This document shows positions 16,795 through 26,235 of a stretch of DNA of 64,000 bases, piece by piece (the stretch's first letter is position 1; each line of letters opens with the position of its first letter). Under the pieces are notes generated by a model, which had not been told where the DNA came from, made no database searches, and saw only the letters and a list, made by a program, of their open reading frames with translations. The DNA comes from Thermoanaerobaculia bacterium. GTDB taxonomy: Bacteria > Acidobacteriota > Thermoanaerobaculia > UBA5066. The stretch is from NCBI GenBank assembly GCA_963816185.1, contig CAWFJJ010000024.1, positions 96,001 through 160,000 on the forward strand, written 5' to 3'. The translations under genes were made by a program, and so were the position numbers.

Positions 16795-17805
16795 TTGACG
16801 ATCGCCGTCGACGCCATGGGGGGCGACCACGCCCCTCGCGTCAACGTGGAGGGCGCGGTCGCGGCGGCCGTGGATTTCGGTCTGGACACGCTCCTCGTCG
16901 GCCGGCGACGGGAGATCGAGTCCGAGCTCCGCAAGATCGCGTACAACGGCAGCCGTGTGGGCGTCGTCGATGCGGACGAGGTCGTCCTCTTCGACGAGCC
17001 CTCGATCACCCCCATTCGTAAGAAGCGCCGCGCGTCCATCCGGATCGCGGCCGAATGCGTGCGGGACGGACGCGCGAAGGGCATGTTCACCGCGGGGCAC
17101 ACGGGCGCCGGCATGGTCGTCGCCAAGATGATCATGGGCGTCGTCGAGGGAATCGACCGACCGGCCCTCGCGACGGTGCTGCCCGGGCTCGACCGCAAAC
17201 GCGTCCTCCTCGACGTCGGGGCGAACCTGACCTGCCGGCCGGAGCACTACCGCGAGTTCGCCATCATGGGCCACTTCTACGCGCAGGAAGTTCTCGGCAT
17301 CGAGAAGCCGAAAATCGGCCTGATGTCCGTGGGCGAGGAGGAAGGCAAAGGCACGGACACCGTGAAGGAGGTCTTCCGCCTCCTGAAAGAGTCCGGATTG
17401 CGCTTCATCGGCAACGTCGAGGGCCGCGACGTTTACGACGGCGACGTGGACGTCATCGTGACGGACGGGTTCACGGGCAACGTCATCCTCAAGGTCTCCG
17501 AGAGCCTCGCGCACCTCGTCGAGGAAGCCCTCAAGCAGGAGATCACGCGAAGCCTCCAGGCCTCGATGGGCTTTCTTCTCTCCAAGGACGCATTCCGGTC
17601 GTTCAAGAAGCGCCTCGACTACAGCGAGTACGGCGGCGCGCCGCTCCTCGGCGTGAACGGGGCGTGTCTGATCGGGCATGGACGCTCGAACGCGAAAGCG
17701 GTGCGTAACGCCATCCGCGCGGCGGACGATTTCGTGCGGCGTGGAATTCCAGAGAAAATCCGCGAGCGGGCGATCTTGTTCGCACCCCCCTCGCTCTCCC
17801 GGTAA
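16795..17805 (+). CDS. plsX: Phosphate acyltransferase PlsX
   Basis: IAVDAMGGDHAP, GIDRPALA, LDVGAN, DGFTGNV, YGGAPLLGV, HGRS. Confidence 0.96.
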   Translation: MTIAVDAMGGDHAPRVNVEGAVAAAVDFGLDTLLVGRRREIESELRKIAYNGSRVGVVDADEVVLFDEPSITPIRKKRRASIRIAAECVRDGRAKGMFTAGHTGAGMVVAKMIMGVVEGIDRPALATVLPGLDRKRVLLDVGANLTCRPEHYREFAIMGHFYAQEVLGIEKPKIGLMSVGEEEGKGTDTVKEVFRLLKESGLRFIGNVEGRDVYDGDVDVIVTDGFTGNVILKVSESLAHLVEEALKQEITRSLQASMGFLLSKDAFRSFKKRLDYSEYGGAPLLGVNGACLIGHGRSNAKAVRNAIRAADDFVRRGIPEKIRERAILFAPPSLSR

Positions 17806-17836
17806 CATCCCGGGCTCACGTTCGCACGGAGGAACG

Positions 17837-18820
17837 ATGTTTCACGCCACGATCGCCGGCACGGGCCGGGCCGTTCCGGACCGGATCCTGACGAACGCGG
17901 ATCTCGCGACGATGGTCGAGACCTCCGATGAATGGATCACGTCCCGCACGGGCATTCGCGAGCGCCGCATCGTCAGCGAGGGAGACGTGCTTTCGGACTT
18001 CTGCGTGCGCGCGGCGCTGCCTGCTCTCGCCGACGCCGGAGTCGCGGCCGCCGATCTCGACACGGTCATCCTGTCGACCTGCACTCCCGATCACTTGATC
18101 CCCGGCGCCGCGCCGGTCGTGCAGCACAAGCTGGGCGCGAAGAAGGCCGCCGCGTTCGACCTGAACGCCGCCTGCTCGGGCTGGCTCTACGGGCTTCACG
18201 TGGCGGACGGGCTCATTCAATCGGGCAAGGCGAGGAACATCCTTCTCGTCGGCGCCGAGTTCCTGACGCGCTTCGTGGATTACACCGACCGAAACACGTG
18301 CGTCCTCTTCGGAGACGGCGCGGGCGCCACCGTCCTCAAGGCGACGAAGGCCGACCACGGCGTTCTCTCGACGTCGATCCACTCGGACGGAGAGGGCGCT
18401 CCCTTCATCTCGATGCCTGGCGGCGGCTCCACGTTCCCGCCAAATCGTCCCGAGACGCTCGAGAAGAAGCTTCCGTTCATTCAGATGAAGGGCGGCGAGA
18501 CGTTCAAGGTCGCGATCCGATCGATGGTAGAGGTCAGCAAGTTCGTCCTCGCCGAGAGCGGCTTCACGACCGCCGACGTGGACTGGCTCCTCCCGCACCA
18601 GGCGAACGAGCGGATCCTCACGGCCACGGCCGACAGGCTCCAGGTTCCGCCCGAGCGCTGCATGAACAACATCGGGCGCTACGGGAACACGAGCTCGGCC
18701 TCGATTCCGATCGCGCTCGACGAGTACGCGCGTGATGGGCGCCTGAAGCGCGGAGACCTCATCCTGATCACCGCGTTCGGCGGCGGGCTCACGTGGGGTG
18801 CCGCGCTCGTCCGCTGGTGA
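17837..18820 (+). CDS. fabH: 3-oxoacyl-ACP synthase III
   Basis: DEWITSRTGI, AACSG, LFGDGAGA, PHQAN, GNTSSAS, FGGGLTWG. Confidence 0.96.
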   Translation: MFHATIAGTGRAVPDRILTNADLATMVETSDEWITSRTGIRERRIVSEGDVLSDFCVRAALPALADAGVAAADLDTVILSTCTPDHLIPGAAPVVQHKLGAKKAAAFDLNAACSGWLYGLHVADGLIQSGKARNILLVGAEFLTRFVDYTDRNTCVLFGDGAGATVLKATKADHGVLSTSIHSDGEGAPFISMPGGGSTFPPNRPETLEKKLPFIQMKGGETFKVAIRSMVEVSKFVLAESGFTTADVDWLLPHQANERILTATADRLQVPPERCMNNIGRYGNTSSASIPIALDEYARDGRLKRGDLILITAFGGGLTWGAALVRW

Positions 18821-18824
18821 GAAG

Positions 18825-19754
18825 GTGAGCCTCGCGTTCCTCTTCCCGGGCCAGGGCTCGCAGTTCGCCGGCATGGGGCGGGACCTCGCGGCCTCCTTTC
18901 CGGAGGCTCGACACGTCTACGAGCGGGCGGACGCGGCGCTCGAGCCGCTCGGCCTGTCCGTTTCGAAGGTCTCCTTCGAAGGCAGCGACGAGGATCTGAA
19001 GCAGACCGCGGTCACGCAGCCCGCGATCCTCACGCACGCCGTGGCGGTGCTCGAGGTCCTGAAGGCGAAGGGAGTCACGCCGTCGGTCGCGGCCGGCCAC
19101 TCGCTCGGCGAATATGCCGCGCTCGTCGCCGCGGGTGCGCTTGCGCTCGAGGACGCGGTCGTTCTCGTCCGGCGCCGCGGCCTCTTCATGCAGGAAGCCG
19201 TCCCGCCGGGAGAGGGCGCCATGTCGGCGGTCATCGGCCTTGCCCCCGAGGTCGTCGCCGAGGCGTGCGCAGAAGCGGCCTCCGCGACGGGCGAGATCTG
19301 CTCGCCTGCGAATTTCAACTCGCCGGAGCAGACCGTCATCGCGGGGAGCGCCGCAGGCGTCGCGAAGGCCGCGGAGGTCCTGAAGAAGAAGGGCGCCAAG
19401 CGCGTCCTTCCGCTCCCGGTCTCCGCGCCGTTTCACTGCGCGCTCATGAAGCCTGCCGAGAAGAAGCTCGTGCCGTTTCTCGCGACGGCGGCGTTTCGTC
19501 CGCTCGCGATTCCGGTCGTCACGAACGTGGACGCCCGCGAGACCACGGATCCCGAAGCCGCGCGCGACTCGCTTCGGCGCCAGATCTGCTCACCCGTGCG
19601 CTGGGTCGAATCCGTGCAGCGCCTCGCGAGCCTCGCCCCGTCGGCGGTCGAGGTCGGGCCGGGGACGGTCCTCGCGGGCCTCGCGAAGCGAATCGCGAAG
19701 GACTGGCCCGTGAAGACGACGTCCACTGCCGTGGCGCTTGCGACGTTCGCCTGA
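18825..19754 (+). CDS. fabD: Malonyl-CoA:ACP transacylase
   Basis: FPGQGSQ, GHSLGEY, VSAPFH, PVRW, EVGPG. Confidence 0.96.
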   Translation: MSLAFLFPGQGSQFAGMGRDLAASFPEARHVYERADAALEPLGLSVSKVSFEGSDEDLKQTAVTQPAILTHAVAVLEVLKAKGVTPSVAAGHSLGEYAALVAAGALALEDAVVLVRRRGLFMQEAVPPGEGAMSAVIGLAPEVVAEACAEAASATGEICSPANFNSPEQTVIAGSAAGVAKAAEVLKKKGAKRVLPLPVSAPFHCALMKPAEKKLVPFLATAAFRPLAIPVVTNVDARETTDPEAARDSLRRQICSPVRWVESVQRLASLAPSAVEVGPGTVLAGLAKRIAKDWPVKTTSTAVALATFA

Positions 19755-19773
19755 CGGAGAAAGGAAGCTCGGA

Positions 19774-20532
19774 ATGGCTCTTTCGTTCTCGCTCGAGGGA
19801 AAGGTCGCGCTCGTCACCGGCGGCTCGCAAGGCATCGGGGAGTCGATCGCGCACGCGCTCGGTGCGGCGGGCGCGCACGTCGTCGTCGCCGCCCGCAGTG
19901 AAGACAAGGCGGCCGCCGTCGTGCAGGCGATCACCTCGTCGGGCGGCCGGGCCGAAGCCCTGCGCCTCGACGTCACCGACCCCGGGTCCGTCTCTCAGGC
20001 GTTCAAGGCGGTCGTGGAGAAGCATGGAAGGCTCGACGTCCTCGTGAACAACGCGGGCATCACGGACGACGGCCTCATCCTCCGGATGTCGAAGGAGTCC
20101 TGGGACAAGGTCGTCGCGACCGACCTCACGGGGGTCTTCCTGTGCGCCCAGGAGGCCGCGAAGGTCATGCTGAAGAAACGGGTTCCGGGGCGCATCGTGA
20201 ACATCACGTCCGTCGTGGGGCTCATGGGGAACCCGGGCCAGACGAACTACGCCGCGGCCAAGGCCGGCGTCGTCGGGTTCACGAAAGCGCTCGCGCGCGA
20301 GATCGGCTCGCGGGGAATCACCGTGAACGCCGTCGCTCCGGGCTACATCGAGACGTCCATGACGGGTGTGCTGAACGAGGACCAGAAGAAGGCGCTCGTC
20401 GGCCAGATCGTCCTCGGGCGGCTCGGAACGGGAACCGACGTCGCGGGCGCCGTCCTCTACCTCGCCTCCGACGCGGCCGCTTACGTGACCGGGACCTGTC
20501 TCAACGTGAGCGGCGGGCTCTACATCGGATAG
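19774..20532 (+). CDS. fabG: 3-oxoacyl-ACP reductase
   Basis: [25 protein letters not shown]; operon context. Confidence 0.95.
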   Translation: MALSFSLEGKVALVTGGSQGIGESIAHALGAAGAHVVVAARSEDKAAAVVQAITSSGGRAEALRLDVTDPGSVSQAFKAVVEKHGRLDVLVNNAGITDDGLILRMSKESWDKVVATDLTGVFLCAQEAAKVMLKKRVPGRIVNITSVVGLMGNPGQTNYAAAKAGVVGFTKALAREIGSRGITVNAVAPGYIETSMTGVLNEDQKKALVGQIVLGRLGTGTDVAGAVLYLASDAAAYVTGTCLNVSGGLYIG

Positions 20533-20612
20533 ACTCCGCACTCTTGAATTCGGGTCCCGGCAGCCCTCAGAATGCCGGTCTTTCAGACGACGAAGATTTT
20601 CGGAGGATCGCG

Positions 20613-20858
20613 ATGGCGAATTCGGTGGAAGACAAGGTCAAGGGCATCATCGTGGAGCAGCTCGGCGTCCAGGCGGACGAGGTGAAGCCCGAGGCCTCTT
20701 TCGTGGACGACCTCGGCGCGGACTCTCTCGACACGGTCGAGCTGGTCATGGCCTTCGAGGAGGCGTTCGGCATCGAGATCCCGGACGAGGACGCCGAGAA
20801 GATCCAGAAGGTCAAGGACGCGGTCGCTTACATCGAGTCACACGCGAAGCCGGCCTGA
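20613..20858 (+). CDS. acpP: Acyl carrier protein
   Basis: [18 protein letters not shown]; GGAGG RBS. Confidence 0.97.
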   Translation: MANSVEDKVKGIIVEQLGVQADEVKPEASFVDDLGADSLDTVELVMAFEEAFGIEIPDEDAEKIQKVKDAVAYIESHAKPA

Positions 20859-20877
20859 TCCGGGGCTGCCTCGACGC

Positions 20878-22149
20878 GTGTCCGCGATTCCAGCTCCCCT
20901 CCTCGACGGCCGCGGCCGGCGGCGCGTGGCCGTGACGGGCGTCGGCCTCATATCCCCGGTCGGCCTCACGGCGAAGGAGAACTGGGCCAGCCTGACGGCG
21001 GGCGTCTCCGGCATCGGGATGATCACCCGCTTCGATGCCACGGACTACGCGTGCCGGATCGCCGGCGAGGTGAAGGGGTTCGACCCCTCCGCGTTCCTCG
21101 AGAAGAAGGAAGTCAAGAAGTTCGATACGTTCATTCACTTTGCCGTCGCGGCGGCGAAAGAGGCGATGACCGACTCGGGCCTCGTGGTCACGCCCGGGAA
21201 CGCCGAGCGCGTGGGCGTGTGCATCGGCTCGGGAATCGGCGGCCTGCCGCTCATCGAGGAGACGCACAAGATCGTCCTCCAGAAAGGGCCCCGGCGGATC
21301 AGCCCGTTTTTCATTCCGGGTCTCATCGTGAACATGTGCTCGGGCCTCGTCTCGATCCAGACGGGTGCCAAAGGACCGAATTCCGCCACGGCCACCGCGT
21401 GCGCGACGTCGGCCCATGCGGTCGGCGACGCGGCGAACGCCATCCGTCGCGGAGACGCCGACGCGATGATCGCGGGCGGCTCGGAGGCCGTCATCACGAC
21501 GCTGGCGGTCGGCGGCTTCTCGGCGATGCGCGCTCTCTCGACGCGCAACGACGATCCGAAAGGAGCGTCGCGGCCGTGGGACAAGGACCGCGACGGCTTC
21601 GTCCTCGGTGAAGGGGCGGGCATCGTCGTACTCGAGGACCTGGCCCAGGCGAAGGCGCGCGGCGCCTCGATTTACGCGGAACTCGCGGGCTACGGCATGT
21701 CCGGCGACGCGTTCCACATCTCGGCGCCTTCCGAGGACGGCGACGGCCCGTTTCGCGTCATGCGCAACACGCTTCTCGACGCGGGCGTGAACCCGGACGA
21801 AGTCGTCTACATCAACGCACACGGCACGTCCACGCCGCACGGTGACCGCATCGAGACGATCGCCATCAAGCGGGTCTTCGGCGACCACGCACGGAAGCTC
21901 GCCGTTTCGTCCACGAAGTCCATGACGGGGCATCTTCTGGGCGCGGCGGGGGGGCTCGAGGCCGGCATCATGGCGCTCGCGATGCGCCACGGCGTGGTCC
22001 CGCCCACGATCAACTACGCGACTCCCGACCCCGAGTGCGACCTCGACTACACGCCGAACACGGCGCGTGCGCTCAAGCTCCCCGTCGCCTTGTCGAACTC
22101 CTTCGGATTTGGCGGGACGAACGCCAGTCTCCTCATGCGGGCGGTCTGA
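20878..22149 (+). CDS. fabF: 3-oxoacyl-ACP synthase II
   Basis: [47 protein letters not shown]. Confidence 0.96.
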   Translation: MSAIPAPLLDGRGRRRVAVTGVGLISPVGLTAKENWASLTAGVSGIGMITRFDATDYACRIAGEVKGFDPSAFLEKKEVKKFDTFIHFAVAAAKEAMTDSGLVVTPGNAERVGVCIGSGIGGLPLIEETHKIVLQKGPRRISPFFIPGLIVNMCSGLVSIQTGAKGPNSATATACATSAHAVGDAANAIRRGDADAMIAGGSEAVITTLAVGGFSAMRALSTRNDDPKGASRPWDKDRDGFVLGEGAGIVVLEDLAQAKARGASIYAELAGYGMSGDAFHISAPSEDGDGPFRVMRNTLLDAGVNPDEVVYINAHGTSTPHGDRIETIAIKRVFGDHARKLAVSSTKSMTGHLLGAAGGLEAGIMALAMRHGVVPPTINYATPDPECDLDYTPNTARALKLPVALSNSFGFGGTNASLLMRAV

Positions 22150-22228
22150 CGGGGCGCTGCTAACATGAGAGCGCCAAACGGAGGACACCGAGATTCGACG
22201 CGTCACCGTCATCGCGGCCGCCGTCGCG

Positions 22229-24247
22229 ATGCTCGCGATCTTCGGAATTGGATTCGTCTTCGTCCGTACGCGGAGGCCCTTTCTCGCGCGGTTCCGTCCT
22301 GACGTCGACGAGCTCGTGTCGCCCGAGAGGATCGGCGAGACGCTCGAAACCCTCGCGAAGAGCCCGCACCGGGCGGGCACGCCCGCGAACGCCGCGGTCG
22401 CGGACGAGATCGCGCGCCGGCTCGCGAACGCCGGCCTGAAGACCTGGAGCGACGTACACGAGGTCGAGCTGTGGGAGCCCGAGACGCTCTCGCTCGCGCT
22501 CACGAAGCCCGTATCGCGCGCCTTCGACCTGCACGAGCGCGCCCTCGCCGAGGATCCGGCAACGGCCGTCGCGAAGGACGAGCTGCCTTTTCTCGCGTAC
22601 GCGCCGGATGCCGATCTCGAAGCGCCGGTCGTGTATGCGGGCTTCGGGGGACCCGAGAACTTCGAGGCTCTGCGCAAAACGGGTGTCGACGTGCGCGGAA
22701 AGATCGCCCTCGTCAAGGCGCAGGGCGTCTGCCGCGGGATGAAGATCCTCGCGGCCGAGCGCGCGGGAGTCGCGGGGCTTCTCGTCTACGTCGAGCCGCG
22801 CGACCAGGGCATCGTCAAGCCGCCTTATCCCCAGGGCCCGTCCACGAACCGATGGGCCGTCTCGCGCGGCACGCTCCTGAAGTACTTTCTCCGGCCGGGC
22901 GATCCCGCGCGTGCGAAGGCGATGGGCGTCGACACGCTGCCGAAGATCCCCGCGCTCGCGATCTCGGGCGAAGTCGCCGAGGCGCTGCTTCGCGAAATGG
23001 CGGGCCCGGCGTGCCCGCCGGACTGGAAAGGTCTCCTCGATGCGCCGTACGCGCTCGGTCCGGGGCCGGCGCGCGTGCGGATGACGGTGCGGGGGAAGAG
23101 GGTGCGTGCCTCTCTCCGCAACGTCCTTGCGACGATTCCCGGCGCCGACCCTCTGGCATCGCCCGTGATCGTCGGCAACCATTCCGACGCCTGGGTTTAC
23201 GGAGCGGTCGATCCCTCGTCCGGCACGGCGGCCGTGCTCGAGACGGCTACCGTTCTCGCTCACCTGGCCAGGCACGGCTGGAAGCCTTCGCGTCCCGTCG
23301 TCTTCGCGTTTTTCGACGGCGAAGAGCCCGGGATGCTCGGCTCCACGCTTTGGCTCGAGGAGCGCCTCGCGAGCGGAGACATCCCCGCTCTCGCCTTCGT
23401 CAACGTGGATTCCGCCGTCCGCGCGAACGACCTCTACACGAGCGCGACGCCGGGCCTCCGCGGTCTCCTCGCCGACCTGTTGCGGGTCGTACGCGACCCG
23501 GCCTCGGGCAGGACGCTCGCGGAAACCTCCGGTAAGCCCGATCTGCCGGGCTTCTCCAGCGACACGGCGCCGTTTCTCGGCTTCTCCGCAACACCCGTCG
23601 CCGAGCTGGGGTTCGGCCGCTGGTACGGGAGCTACCACACGCTCTACGACACGGTGACCTGGGTGAAGCGCTTCGGCGATCCCGGCTACGCGCGAAACGC
23701 GACGCTCAGCCGCGTCCTCGCTCTTTACGCGGGAATGCTCGCGACCCCGAGGCTTTTCCCCTTGCGTTTCAGCGAGATCGCCGATTTTGCGGGCCGCAAG
23801 ATTCGTGAAATGCAGGCGCGTCATCCTTCGTCGATCGGATGGATGACGCAGATCGCGCGGCCGCTCTCGAGCCAGCTCGATCTTTTCGAGTCCGAGGCGC
23901 ACGCGTGGGACGCCCGGGTGAACGCCGCGCACCGCCCGGCAAAGGATGCGGGCAGGTTCGATCGGCTCGTCTCGGTCGCGCTCGGCGCGTTCACCGCACC
24001 CGGCGCGCCGTTCGGACGAGCGTGCCGTCTCTGGGGGCCTTCGCTCGAGACGGGGTGCGGCGCCGCGGCGCTCCCGACGCTCGAAGAGGCCGTCGGACGC
24101 AACGACCGCGTGGCCGCGGCGAAGGAGATCGGACGCCTCGCGGGTGCGTTCTCCCGCGCACGCGACGAGCTCGTCCTGGCGAATCGGATGGCCGAAGGCA
24201 GCGGCCGTCCCCCGCGGCCGACGCCCGGGATCTCGCGCAAGCAGTGA
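22229..24247 (+). CDS. M28 family glutamate carboxypeptidase II-like metallopeptidase (PA domain)
   Basis: PHRAGT, GNHSDAW, GAVDPSSG, FDGEE, NVDS, YHTLYDT; true start uncertain (frame open from 22169; GGAGG precedes an in-frame ATT at 22193). Confidence 0.85.
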   Translation: MLAIFGIGFVFVRTRRPFLARFRPDVDELVSPERIGETLETLAKSPHRAGTPANAAVADEIARRLANAGLKTWSDVHEVELWEPETLSLALTKPVSRAFDLHERALAEDPATAVAKDELPFLAYAPDADLEAPVVYAGFGGPENFEALRKTGVDVRGKIALVKAQGVCRGMKILAAERAGVAGLLVYVEPRDQGIVKPPYPQGPSTNRWAVSRGTLLKYFLRPGDPARAKAMGVDTLPKIPALAISGEVAEALLREMAGPACPPDWKGLLDAPYALGPGPARVRMTVRGKRVRASLRNVLATIPGADPLASPVIVGNHSDAWVYGAVDPSSGTAAVLETATVLAHLARHGWKPSRPVVFAFFDGEEPGMLGSTLWLEERLASGDIPALAFVNVDSAVRANDLYTSATPGLRGLLADLLRVVRDPASGRTLAETSGKPDLPGFSSDTAPFLGFSATPVAELGFGRWYGSYHTLYDTVTWVKRFGDPGYARNATLSRVLALYAGMLATPRLFPLRFSEIADFAGRKIREMQARHPSSIGWMTQIARPLSSQLDLFESEAHAWDARVNAAHRPAKDAGRFDRLVSVALGAFTAPGAPFGRACRLWGPSLETGCGAAALPTLEEAVGRNDRVAAAKEIGRLAGAFSRARDELVLANRMAEGSGRPPRPTPGISRKQ

Positions 24248-26226
24248 CGCGCCGCCCGAGCGCCGCCGTCTTTCTGGCTCTGGTCTCGCTCGCGGCCTGT
24301 TCCGGCCGCGACCCGCTCGCGAGGCGCGCGACGCGTCTCGAGTCGCTCGTGGACGCCTCGCGAATGAAGAGAAACGTGGAAACCCTCGCGCGCGTCCCGC
24401 ACCGTGCGGGAAGCCCGGCGCAGCGCGTCGTCGTCGAGACGACCGCTGAATTCCTCCGAGCCGCGGGCCTCGAGCCGGTGATCTCCGAGCACGCCGTGGA
24501 CATTCCCGAGCCCGTCGAAGCCTCGCTCGCGGTCGAAGGGCCTTCCGGGCGCACGTTCGATCTCGCCGAGCGAGAGCTCGCCGGCGATCCATACTCGGCG
24601 ACCGCGCCGGCGGAGACGCCGTTCTTCGCGTGGACGCCCGATGGCGACGTCTCGGCCCGGGTCGTTTATGCGAATCACGGCGCGCGAGAAGACTACGACG
24701 TTCTGCGCCGGGCCGGCGTCTCGGTGAAAGGAGCGATCGTCCTCGCGCGGGCTCAGGGCGTCTGCCGCTCCATGAAGTCCCTTCTCGCGGAGGAAGCGGG
24801 CGCCGCCGGCCTCCTCCTTTATCCCGAGCGCCGCGATCTGGGGATCGTCAAGCCGGATTTTCCAGCCGGGCCGTACCTGAACCGGTGGACCGTGCAGCGC
24901 GGCTCGATGCTGCGCTATTTCCTGCGGCCGGGCGATCCGGATTGCGCGGCATGCCGTGCCCTGCCTCGACTTCGTCCGGCGCTGCCCGCGCTGCCCGTGT
25001 CGGAGAGCGTCGCGAAGGATCTGCTGGGACGCATGGAGGGGCCGCTGGCGCCCGAAGAGTGGATCGGGTGGCTCGGAGTTCCGTATCGACTCGGCGCGAC
25101 CCGGGAGAACGTCCGGCTGCACACGCGTTCGCGTACCGTGAGGCGCGTGCTCCGCAACGTCACCGCGGTGGTCGCGGGGCGTAGGCGCGAGGCCGGCGCC
25201 GTCGTCGTCGGCGCACACACAGACGCCTGGGTGAACGGCGCCGTGGACCCTGTCTCGGGCGCTGCCTCCGTCCTGGAGACCGCGGCGGCCCTTTCGGCCC
25301 TCGCCCGCGACGGCTGGAAGCCGGAACGCGACATTGTCTTCACGCTGTTCGACGGCGAGGAGTACGGGATGCTCGGCTCGACGCTCTGGGTCGAAGAGCG
25401 CCTGGCCGCGCGCGCCCCGCCGATGGCGGCGTTCCTCTTCGTCGACTCTTCCGTGCGTGCCCTCGACTTCATGGCCGACGTTTCGCCGGGCATGAGGGAC
25501 GCGCTCGACGAGGTCCTCGGGCAGATCACCGATCCGGTCTCCGGTCACATTCTTCTGTCCGTGCGCGGGGTGCCTCAGCTTCCCGGCTTCAGCGGCGACA
25601 CGTCGCCCTTCCTCGGTCTCGGCGGCGTCCCGTCGGCTGAGTTCGGGTTCGGGCGGCGCACGTATCCGCAATACCACTCGGCATATGACGATCCGTATCT
25701 GCTCGGTCGGATCCTCGATCCGGGCTATCGCGTCAGCGCGACGCTCGCGCGCATCCTGGCGCTCTTCACGTCGGTGCTTGCGGAGTCGCCCGAGCCGCCG
25801 TGGCGCTTCTCCGAGGTCGCGGCGTTCCTGGACGACGAGCTTTCGAAGCTCGGGAAAGACCCGTCCTCCTCCCGTCTCGCACGCCGGAGCGACCTTTTCG
25901 TGGCGACGGTACGGTTGCGGCTCGCGGCCCGGGAGTGGGAGTCGCTCGACACGGCGCGCCGCCGGCTCGCCGCGGAAAAAGCCGAGCCTCTCCTTCTCGA
26001 CGCCATGGCCGCATTTCACGACGCGGCCGCGCCCGAGTTCGCGCGCCGCAATCTCCTCCTCGGGCCGTCGGCCGAAACCGGCTGCGGCACGGAGACGCTG
26101 CCCGGCCTTCGGCGGGCGCTGCACGGCGACGGCTCGGTCGATGCCGAGGCCGCGCGGCTGGTGCGCGCTCTCACGACGGCGGCCTCGAAGGTGCGCGAGG
26201 CCGTACGAATCGCAGCGGCAAGCTGA
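24244..26226 (+). CDS. Second M28 glutamate carboxypeptidase II-like peptidase, lipoprotein
   Basis: Lipobox LAAC; GAHTDAW, GAVDPVSG, FDGEE, VDS, YHSAYDD; obvious paralog of the upstream gene. Confidence 0.85.
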   Translation: MTRRPSAAVFLALVSLAACSGRDPLARRATRLESLVDASRMKRNVETLARVPHRAGSPAQRVVVETTAEFLRAAGLEPVISEHAVDIPEPVEASLAVEGPSGRTFDLAERELAGDPYSATAPAETPFFAWTPDGDVSARVVYANHGAREDYDVLRRAGVSVKGAIVLARAQGVCRSMKSLLAEEAGAAGLLLYPERRDLGIVKPDFPAGPYLNRWTVQRGSMLRYFLRPGDPDCAACRALPRLRPALPALPVSESVAKDLLGRMEGPLAPEEWIGWLGVPYRLGATRENVRLHTRSRTVRRVLRNVTAVVAGRRREAGAVVVGAHTDAWVNGAVDPVSGAASVLETAAALSALARDGWKPERDIVFTLFDGEEYGMLGSTLWVEERLAARAPPMAAFLFVDSSVRALDFMADVSPGMRDALDEVLGQITDPVSGHILLSVRGVPQLPGFSGDTSPFLGLGGVPSAEFGFGRRTYPQYHSAYDDPYLLGRILDPGYRVSATLARILALFTSVLAESPEPPWRFSEVAAFLDDELSKLGKDPSSSRLARRSDLFVATVRLRLAAREWESLDTARRRLAAEKAEPLLLDAMAAFHDAAAPEFARRNLLLGPSAETGCGTETLPGLRRALHGDGSVDAEAARLVRALTTAASKVREAVRIAAAS

Positions 26227-26235
26227 CGCGGGGCT

